A stretch of DNA of 64,000 bases from Naegleria gruberi (lineage: Eukaryota): NCBI GenBank assembly GCA_000004985.1, contig GG738933.1; one strand, 5' to 3'. Numbering within the stretch: position 1 is the first letter of the stretch; each line of letters begins with the position of its first letter. Below the pieces are notes generated by a model. The model worked only from the letters and a program-made list of their open reading frames with translations, made no database searches and was not told where the DNA came from. Below are positions 31,958 through 41,380 of the stretch, piece after piece. Position numbers and translations under genes: made by a program.

Positions 31958-33200
31958 ATGAAATCAATCTTTTTAACTGTCCTTCTCCTTGTACTTTCGT
32001 TTAGTTTCGTCCACTCACAAGTTTACGTTACTGAAAAGTATACATCTGCTGTCGATGCTGCCATCAAAACATTAGTCAACGATGTTGATTTCCAAGCAAT
32101 GATGCTCAATTTGACCTATACCCCAGTTCCAGTTTGTGGTGATGACTATGCCTATCCATCCACAAATCCAATTGCCTCTGGAAAGACTGTTTGGAATATG
32201 TGTTATCAAGAAGCTGAATATATTACCTATCCTTGGGGTTACATTTATGAGTAAGTAGAATAGTTTCGGATAATTGTGTTCGAAACCTGTAACAGATATG
32301 TCGGTAATGGTATTGTTAAAAATATCAATAAGCAATATGGACTCGCTCTGACTGCCAAATTCTTTTCTATCAATACTACTGATGGTTTCTTTGAATCACT
32401 GAAGGCTGCTGTTGATAGTGGAAAATGTGACGTTGTCGTTGCTGATGGTAAGTTTGTGAAATTTTCAACAACAGATAGATTTTCTAATTTATTCAAATGA
32501 TGATTTGATTATTTAACTGACACTGATTTCATATTCACATTAATTTTACAATATATTGTTTATAACATTATAATTATTACAAAACATTGTACACACAAAA
32601 ACAGTTACTCCATCAACTGAAAGAACTACAAAGGTTCACTTCCAAGGTTGTCAATACGGAGCTGTTTCTGATGCCTATCTCCGTGGACCATTGGCCAGTA
32701 ATCTCACAATTAACAGACACACTGATTTGAATCGTACTGGAATTATCGTTGCCGTCTATCAGGGAACCACTCACGAAGAATATGCTCGTGCCAATTTCCA
32801 AGCTGCTACCATTCTTGCTGTTTCCTATGATGATGCTTTCTTATATGTTGCCAATAGTAAGGCCCATGCTATGATTGGTAATTTGTTGGATGTTAATGCT
32901 TGGCTTTCTAATAATCCAGGTGTTTGTAAATCTTGTAGTGTTAAGGTTTGTAATATATTTGAAGCAAATTGTGTTTCTGACCATTTTTATATATTAATTA
33001 ATGATGATATCATATCAAAATGAATTATTTGAATTGTGTAATTATTTGGTGGAATTATAATAATATAGACATATGGTGCTCCAAGTCCTTTCGGAAGTTT
33101 CACAACAGCATATATCATTTCGAGTGGATCTGCATTGACCATGAATTGGCTCATGATTGGTTTGTCATTCATTGCCACAATGATTGCCTTCCTCTTGTAA
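31958..33200 (+). CDS. secreted solute-binding-protein family 3 / glutamate-receptor ligand-binding-like protein with a GPI-anchor-like C-terminus. 4 exons: 31958..32250, 32296..32447, 32605..32945, 33069..33200
   Basis: signal peptide MKSIFLTVLLLVLSFSFVHS. FFESLKAAVDSGKCDVVVADG resembles the SBP_bac_3 motif ALQSGKIDVIISGMT. Introns GTAAGTAG..TAACAG (45 nt), GTAAGTTT..AAACAG (157 nt), GTTTGT..ATATAG (123 nt). C-terminal SSGSALTMNWLMIGLSFIATMIAFLL is a hydrophobic tail. Confidence 0.7.
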
Positions 33201-33458
33201 AACAAATCATTCTGCTGCAACGGATTTAAATTCGACTTGTCTCAAAAACTAAATATTGAGATAAAAATTTTGTAAAATCTATTTAATTTATAACTTTTTC
33301 CACATTTTTGTTTTTTTTGCTAGAAGATAATTTGATGATTTAAATATTATGAACTTTACAATATTTAAATAGTTATTGTAAAAATATTTAATAATTTCGG
33401 ACAACAATAATCCAAAGAGGAGATGACAATGAGACGTGCACATTGACCAACACAAAAA

Positions 33459-36343
33459 ATGTCCACTAGTGATGGCATAATGTCATCATCATCATCTTCC
33501 ACTCCTAACAACAATCTTTCCCTCATCACCACAAACAACATCAACCCCAACAACAATACCATCCCTAGTACCATTTCCAATAATAACAATACCATCAATG
33601 CATCTTCTTCTTCATCTCCACTGCAATTCTCTCCTTCCAATGCTTCATCTTCATATTTCCCGCGCACTCATTCTCAAACTCTTCTTGAACAACAGCAAGA
33701 ACAATCATTAAAAAGAATACAAACGAGTGGTGTTGCTGCTACCGGGCAAGGAAATAGTAGAAATTCTTTAGAGGGTGGTGTGTTTGCCAAGACTACGAGC
33801 AATAGCAGTAGTAATAGTCTGAGTGAGCAGAGTACTATTGGAAGTTTGAGTACGAGTGGTAGTTGTTATGGAGGAAGACAATCATTGGAAGGAATTCAAT
33901 ATCAACAAACAATTATGAATAATAATAGTAATAACATGAATAATAGTGTAAATAATAATAGCAATAATAATAATATGAATATGAATAATAATTCTAGTGT
34001 GGAAGGAGAGAGAAGGTCCATCACTCTCAAAAGGCAAAATAGTAATAATAATAATAACAAGGATGATGAAAATATATCAAATTCAATTTCATTGGATAGG
34101 ATTGTTGATAATGATACTCATCATGGTCATCATCATCATGTAGATTTTCATATTGATGATGATACACATCATCATTTTGAAAATCCCTTGCTCATGATGA
34201 GTAAGATGAATTCAATGCCGAGTATTGAGAGCAATCTTTCGAGGGTAGCTTCATCAGTACCTCTCAATGCTGGATATCATTCCGACATCGATTCTGTGGA
34301 GGAACCACACAAAACAAGCCATCCTGCTCAATTCTTTGATCAACAATGTTTTATGGAATGGAAGAGTATCACCTTTCCGATGGGATCTCCAAAGCCAATT
34401 TTGAAGAATATTAATGGCTTTGTTGCTCCAGGTAAATTGACTGCAATTTTAGGACCTATGGGTATGTTTTGGGTTGTGAAAATTAATTATCAATTTATAA
34501 CAATATCAATGAATTTCAAATATTCATCACAAAAATAATTAATTACAAAGGAAGTGGAAAATCGACACTACTGAGAATTTTATCTGGACGAGGAGCTAGG
34601 ATTTATAGTGGAGATATTTATATTAATGGACAACTTGCAATGAATAGTGAGAAACAGTTCATTCGTATTGACTCTGGTCGATTCAAATCCCTAGTTTCCT
34701 TTGTGGCTAAAGATTTTACACCTTCTAACATGTCTCTAACTGTTAAGGAAATTTTACAATTTGCTGTGAGACTGAAATTGCCATCCAAATCTCAAAATCC
34801 ACTTTGGACAACAAGAGACGATCGTCTGGCATTACTATTATCGAGTTATGGATTGAGAGGTAAGGAACATAGTCTTTATTCTTCTCTCTCCTCTGGAGAA
34901 AAGAGAAGACTTACTATTGCCGTGCAGAATGTTCTCTTCCATAGAATTGTCTTGTTGGAATATCCTACAGAGTTTATGGAATTTGGTGAATCATTCCTAT
35001 TATTGAAAAGAATGAAAAAATTGGCTGATTTGGGAGTTTCTATTGTTGTATGTTTGCACAAACCTTCAGTGCAAGAGATTGAAATTTTTGATTACGTATC
35101 AATTTTGAATAAGGGAAGACAATTATATTTTGGTAGACCTACAGAGATTGTCACCTATTTTAATACAATTGGAGTGAGATTTCCTCATGATAGACAAAAC
35201 ACAATAGCAGCTGTTTTGGAGCTATTGCTGCTGAGTGACATGTACAATTCGAACAATGAGGATGATAAAAAGTATGCAATCAGACACATGACCGAAACCG
35301 AGCTAAAGAGGGTCGACACTCTCGATAAGGAGTATGAAGAAAAGCTGGATGAATATTACATCCCTCAAAAACATAGGGAAGAATTGCCATACTTACAAAA
35401 TACCATAGAATCCATTCAAACAGAAAAGTACTATTCGAACTATTGGTTTTCAATACTGATTCTGTTACAAAGAATTTACACTGTCAAGTTTAGAAATTGG
35501 AAGACTGAAATATTGTCACCATTATTGGAAAAGGTTATTATTTCAGTAGTAATTGGAATTCTCTTCCTTCAAATCGATCCAACTAATATGAGTATGAAGG
35601 GTAAAATATTCTCCTTCTTGAATTTGAATATTTCGCTCACTTTTGGTCTTGGATTGAAAACACTTGTTGGACAAATACCCAACCTAATGCAGGAACGAAA
35701 TTCGACCAGCTATCGGGTTAGTGCATTTTTTATTGCAAAATCTATTGAGGATACTATTGATTTTACCGTTTATCCAACAGTATTTGGAATTATAGTTTAT
35801 TTCATGTGTGGATTGGACTATGATCCAGGAAGAGTTTTCAGTTTCATCCTGATTTTTGCTCTGTTCAATTTGACTTCAATGAGTGTTGCTCAAGCTCTCG
35901 TCTCTCTAATTCCTGTCCCTTCATTCTTGAACTTTATTTCACCTGTAATCAGTTTGGTATTTATTCTCCTCTCTTCTGCTTATGGTATTACTAAGACTGA
36001 TTATATAACTTGGATGGGATACTTCTCGTACCTGTATTACGCTTTCAGAGCATTGGCAATCAATGAATTCAAAGGAGATATCATTGACATTCCACCAAAT
36101 CAGAATGGAACAATTATCATTCCATCAGGTCAATACACCAATGGCACTCTCTTCTTGGAAAAGGCATATGGAATTACTGAACCATACTACATGATGTGGA
36201 TTTATACAGCCATTCTCTTCTTGTACTTTATTTTTTGTAAGATATTGGCATATATTGGATTGAGATTTGTCTATGGAAAGAAATCACCCAAGAGAACATT
36301 GAAGAATATTCTCTCCCATTTCAAGACTTGTTGTAAAAAATAA
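33459..36343 (+). CDS. ABCG (White)-type half-transporter, NBD then TMD, with a long N/S/H-rich N-terminal extension. 2 exons: 33459..34461 and 34551..36343
   Basis: Walker A GPMG|SGKST is split by an 89-nt GTATGT..ACAAAG intron. ABC signature LSGGEKRRLTIA. Six hydrophobic TM segments of the ABC2 type follow. Walker B, D-loop and H-loop are degenerate (see findings). Confidence 0.85.
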
Positions 36344-36400
36344 ATATTTCTTTCTTCAACAGGAATTAATTCCCGCCAAATACTGAAAAAAAATACCAAA

Positions 36401-38656
36401 ATGCAATCAGAGCCTTTAACGTATCAATTTTTTAATCAGTGCATTGATCTGCGGAGGGAGGATGATAAATTCTTCATGATTGATCTTTCCGATGCCGATA
36501 ATATTGTTAAACGATTGGTCTTTAATATTATTGACAATAATGTGGAGACTGGATATTCGGTTGAACATTTGGTGTGGGATTGGGAGAGTGATTTGATGAA
36601 TCAATTGTTGGATGGAACGAAGAGACCTATCAGAGCTTCTGCTAGGTATATAACCATGAAGAATAGATGTTGTTCTGGAGAGTATTGTCATTTCATGTGG
36701 AATGGTGTCGAAACATTTGATGAAATGTTACTTTCTCCAGTGCCAAAAGCTAATGAGAAGGGATCTGCATTTGTTGGTGATGGTGAATTATTGATGATTT
36801 CCACAAGTGAAGTTCCATTTATTGAGAGAGGAAAGAGCAAAATTTTCACAATGGAGAAATGTACTGAGGTGCCAAGTGTCACATATAACACGACTGATTT
36901 TTGCACTGTTATTACCATTCCATGCAGTAATGTTTTGGAACGAGATTATTCATTGACTGCCTTTTATGCAAGTTCAAATGTTTTTTTATTTGATTTGAAG
37001 AGTGACAAGTTTTCAACTACACCAATTCAATTCATTCATCCAGACAATTTATTTTACTTTAAAGAGGCATTTATTGAATCATGCATTGTTCCATACTTGG
37101 AGGGGAGTAGAATGAGAGTTTTTGTTTGCCAAAAAGAAAGATTATTTGAATTAGTTTGGTCTGGAGAGGAATTTAAAAGTCCACTACAAATGATTAGACA
37201 TTTAGAATTTGTCCAATCAGTGTTTTCTATTACAAGGATGGACAATATTGGTCTTTTAGTTAGATCTAAAGATATTAATCAGAAAATTCAATATCATATC
37301 TATGAACCAGAACTATACAACTCCAATCAATCTCAGAAGGAAGGTATTTGGAGATTTATCACAAATGTTGATGGAAATCTCTCCTCATATCTGTATGCTC
37401 CAAAATCAAAATCACTTGTCTATAGGAAGGGCATTGAGTATACCAAATATTTATCGTTTGAGGAAATTATGAAAATGCCTTCTAATAGAATTAGAGAAGT
37501 TTTTGATGAAGAGAATTTTGAAAAATTCAAAGAATACGATGCCTCATTTAATGTTTACACACCACGTTGTAAAAGTAAAGCCATTGAAAAGGTTACCTTT
37601 GTTAAACCAAACCAGAGAATCAATGAGGCCTATCAAATCAAATTAGAACATATAGACCATATTGAAATAGTTGCAGGAATTAATTGTAAGGAGTTTGCGG
37701 AGAAACTTGGACAATTTATTTCAAAGGACTATGTGGAATTGACTCCAACAGACTTGGCTGATTATCTTGGAGCTCCATTAGTCTACCTCCATAAATGGGG
37801 AGGAAATAATTTAAGTCATGAATACTTTATTAGAGACATGCAATATCACAAAAGAACTAGCTCAGTTATTGAGCTAGGTAAATGTTTAAATGGGGGACTA
37901 GGAGGAAGTACAACAGACATTTCAAATCTCACATTCCTTGGAATCGTACAAGGTAAGCCATTTGATAGTTCTGAGGAGGATAATGCAGTTGAAGAAGAAG
38001 AAGAAGCTGAATATCAACAATTGTTTAAAAATACGCAATTTCGAATGGAGTCCAATACAATGCTCGCTACTGATCCCTTCCTTTCGGATGGTGGCGTTTA
38101 TTTTGAAAATGTAAGGGAAGGTCTGTGGCAATGGAATACCACAAACAAGCAACAGGGTTATTGTGATGGCGGATATTTCGACCCTAATGTTACTGCTCAA
38201 TTTGTTGCTGTACACACTGATTATTTGCATCTACTCAATACATCAAATATTTGGCTAATACCCAAAGATAGAACTGAAGAGTATGGTGGTGAGTATAACA
38301 GAAATGAATACCTTAATTATGAGATGGAGGGAGGATGGTTCCAAATGAGGTTGGGTGTTTCCTCAGATTGTGCAGTTGTTGGTCTATTTGACCAAAAGTA
38401 TTTTAATGATGAGAATGTTTTACCTGCCAGTAAGGTTAGACAAAAAAGTCTTCTCGAAGCTAATTTCAAGTTATGCTATGAACCTCCATACCAAGAATAT
38501 CTCACAAAGAAAATGGAGGAAGAAGGATTTCCTGATAAAATGGAAATGCCTTATGGTATCATTACATCATCAGGTTATGGAGATGGCTATTATCCAACAT
38601 TGTTCAAAAAATCAGAGAAGGGAGATGTGATTGCTGTCAAGATATTCTTTGCTTAA
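36401..38656 (+). CDS. hypothetical protein, 751 aa; starts only 58 bp after the ABCG stop on the same strand
   Basis: accaaaATG start; long clean ORF; no recognisable domain. Confidence 0.6.
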   Translation: MQSEPLTYQFFNQCIDLRREDDKFFMIDLSDADNIVKRLVFNIIDNNVETGYSVEHLVWDWESDLMNQLLDGTKRPIRASARYITMKNRCCSGEYCHFMWNGVETFDEMLLSPVPKANEKGSAFVGDGELLMISTSEVPFIERGKSKIFTMEKCTEVPSVTYNTTDFCTVITIPCSNVLERDYSLTAFYASSNVFLFDLKSDKFSTTPIQFIHPDNLFYFKEAFIESCIVPYLEGSRMRVFVCQKERLFELVWSGEEFKSPLQMIRHLEFVQSVFSITRMDNIGLLVRSKDINQKIQYHIYEPELYNSNQSQKEGIWRFITNVDGNLSSYLYAPKSKSLVYRKGIEYTKYLSFEEIMKMPSNRIREVFDEENFEKFKEYDASFNVYTPRCKSKAIEKVTFVKPNQRINEAYQIKLEHIDHIEIVAGINCKEFAEKLGQFISKDYVELTPTDLADYLGAPLVYLHKWGGNNLSHEYFIRDMQYHKRTSSVIELGKCLNGGLGGSTTDISNLTFLGIVQGKPFDSSEEDNAVEEEEEAEYQQLFKNTQFRMESNTMLATDPFLSDGGVYFENVREGLWQWNTTNKQQGYCDGGYFDPNVTAQFVAVHTDYLHLLNTSNIWLIPKDRTEEYGGEYNRNEYLNYEMEGGWFQMRLGVSSDCAVVGLFDQKYFNDENVLPASKVRQKSLLEANFKLCYEPPYQEYLTKKMEEEGFPDKMEMPYGIITSSGYGDGYYPTLFKKSEKGDVIAVKIFFA

Positions 38657-38874
38657 TTTCAAATTTCACAAACCATATGATTTAACCATTTGATGAAATG
38701 GATATGAACTAACCTCTCTTTTGTTGTGGTCATTTCACCGATTCACTGATTCACACCCTCATGGCTGCAAAACAAATGGTCGCTCCACATCTTTAAAACC
38801 AAGCATGATCTAACCATCATTAAATTCCATAACAAAAAAAACAAATTTAATTCCCCAACAAAATAATCATCAAC

Positions 38875-39033
38875 AATGGCAAAGTGTGATTGGTGTTCGT
38901 TCAATGCTTCAACATTGTCTTCAATTAGCTGCAAGAATGGTTGCTCACACAAGGTTTGTCCTGGATGCAAGAGTTCTCCATCTGGAAAGGTCGGATTGAA
39001 ATGTCCAACTTGTGGTAAGCCAGCTGGTTGGTA
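38875..39033 (+). CDS. candidate small Cys-rich (zinc-ribbon-like) protein, 52 aa: MAKCDWCSFNASTLSSISCKNGCSHKVCPGCKSSPSGKVGLKCPTCGKPAGW
   Basis: not in the ORF track (<60 aa). ATG in aacaATGgca context. Eight Cys arranged CxxC, CxxxC, CxxC, CxxC. An overlapping 102-aa minus-strand ORF (38743..39051) is the alternative reading. Confidence 0.3.
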
Positions 39034-39060
39034 AAAGTGATTCCTGCCCATTTCGTCTAT

Positions 39061-39240
39061 TTGATATTGAACTATTTGATATCATTCACAACATGAAATG
39101 TTTAATTTCTTCCACAAACTTGTAAATAAAATTTAATACATTATCCACAATTGATATTGAGCTATTATCAAAATTATTCAAAACATGAAATGTTTTATTT
39201 TCTTCCACAAACTAAGTAAAAATTACCCCAAATTCAATAC
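39061..39240. repeat. imperfect tandem duplication of a roughly 90-bp unit in the convergent 3' region between the small Cys-rich ORF and the SBP-like paralog
   Basis: ttgatattgaactatttgatatcattcacaacatgaaatgtttaatttcttccacaaact.. (39061..) versus ttgatattgagctattatcaaaattattcaaaacatgaaatgttttattttcttccacaaact.. (39151..). Confidence 0.5.
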
Positions 39241-40311
39241 AAATGAAACAATGAATATAATCATAGAAATAAAGGTCAACTGAACATTCCACTCAAACGA
39301 AGCATTTCCTCCAGAAGTTCCAGTAATATTCATAGTGATAAAAGTTCCAAATTGAGTTGAATCTCCAAAGAATGAAACCCTACATCCCTGACAAATATTT
39401 CTATTATTTCCAAGCCAAATAAACAAATCCAAAACATCAGCAATATAGGCATGGACAGTTCTATTCGAAACCATGGCCCATGCATCATCGTAACCACCAA
39501 TGACCTTGATAGTTGCCTTTTTAAAGGTGTTTTTCACGAAATTCTCATAGGAAGTATCAGCAGAAACGACAATAATAACTCCAGTGTTATCCAAATCTTC
39601 AATATTTTTGAAAATTAGAGTTTCGTTTTGGAGTTCACTTCTGAGCCAACCTTGATAACTAGTTCCATAAGCACCTGTGATAATTATGATAAAATATAAC
39701 AAATTTAGGTCAATCAAGTAGTAGTGAAAGTGAATTATTAACATGAATTTCACATTCATCCAAAAAAGGAAATGAATATCATATTAGAAACAAACCGAAA
39801 CTTTTTGAAACCTACATTGAAAATGAGCCTGTGCCAATCTTTCTGCATTCCAATTCGTTGCTCCCACAATCACATCACACTCTCCACTATCCACTCCCTT
39901 CTTCATAGTTGCAAAATATCCATTATCTGTTGGAAAGGTCTTGTAAACAGGATTCAATATTGGAATGTTATATTGTTTCTTGATGGTATCCAACAGGAAA
40001 ACACCTGAAGCTTTGTGGATTGTTATCCATGGCTCAAAAGCTTCGTAATCATAACAGAGATTCATAAAAGTTCTGTTAAAATCAAAAGTTTTAGGGAAAT
40101 CAAGTTTTTGGCAGGTTGGGATTTTGACAAAGATGTTGTTTTTGGCGAGGACGTCTTGCCATTCTTTGGTTGCTACGTATTGACTAGTGGCAGCATCAAT
40201 GACATCTGCAAAGTTTTTTGATACCTGACAGGTTATGAAATGATGAAGAGAAATAAGTAACAGTAGTGAAGAGACCACTAGTAAAGTGAGACTTTGAAAT
40301 CTTGGTTTCAT
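39223..40311 (-). CDS. paralog of the 31958 gene: secreted SBP-family-3-like protein with a hydrophobic C-terminal tail. 2 exons (40311..about 39816, about 39674..39223); the intron of about 141 nt has an ambiguous exact junction
   Basis: signal peptide MKPRFQSLTLLVVSSLLLLISLHHFITC. KKGVDSGECDVIVGATNWNAERL matches the SBP_bac_3 core. The C-terminal half aligns with the paralog (FGTFITMNITGTSGGNASFEWNVQLTF versus FGSFTTAYIISSGSALTMNWLMIGLSF). Candidate donor T|GTAGGT and acceptor tatcacAG|GT put a Cys at the conserved position. Confidence 0.65.
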
Positions 40312-41380
40312 GATTTTTTTTTCTGTTTGATTGGACCTGTCATGTCTACGATGATAATCATTGATTAGTGGCAGGTAGGGTGACTGGTTTTAAGTTGTTC
40401 CATAGCGAGTGTGCCCTTGGCTATTATTGAAAATAGTTTTACATCAATTAAAATGTATTTGAATATCATAACAAAGTTTCTAATATGGAATACTTTCTCC
40501 ATTTCACAGCCACAGCAAAATTTTACCCGCCAATTTGAATGACATCTTTTTTGTGTTCACTTCTTACTGTAATTCATCTGTGTTTCATCTCAACATCCTA
40601 AATCCTAATCATCTTATTTTGAACCAGCACACTATGTTTCGTCTCCTTTCCCTTAATATATGCGAACTAAACTTTTGGAAACCTGTCTTTCTGATGCTTT
40701 CTCCTCTTACGCTCATCAAACAGTGAAGGTGAATCATCTTCAGTTTGAGTTTCGTCTGTAAACAACTAAACTAATCTGCGGACTATGAAAATAGATGAAA
40801 AGATTGATGAAGTCTGTTATCTTTGAAACAGTTGAAGAAAAATAATGACCGTTCGAATGCTACCTTTAGAACTTGGCACCACATTCAGTTTCTCAGTTTC
40901 GAATAAATTTTATTGGACTACTAATTCGAATTGATTTGAGAATCATCATCTTAATGGATTCCGTTCAACATCAAATCGTTTTAACAGAACATCCTAAACC
41001 ACTCCATTCTTAGGCTAACTATCTTATTTGAAACAGCATGAATCTGTCACCATTCAACTTTATGTCATCCTTCATTTGAACGTATGGTAAGATTTTCACC
41101 AAAACACACATCTCCTTGCACTATCCTTTCAAGTGTCTCCTTTCCATTCTCAGAAATTAAAAATCCTTTCACTGCAGAATTTCAAAAACTTGAAAAAACT
41201 CGACAGTAAAAAATATTCAAAAAAAACACACAAACACCTGCAGCATCAACTTTGCTATCTTTGTTTTCCCTCCAAAATTTTCCCTCGCAAATTGTAGTTT
41301 TTTCAAGCCTTTCTTCTAATTTAATTGAGTTAAAGAACATCATTATCATCGAGAAGGCTTTTTAAAAGAAGAGAAGAAGG

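Noticed and set aside
38743-39051. 102-aa minus-strand ORF
   Set aside because: It overlaps the ATG-initiated plus-strand Cys-rich mini-ORF with its regular CxxC spacing, and has no recognisable features. Kept only as an alternative reading.
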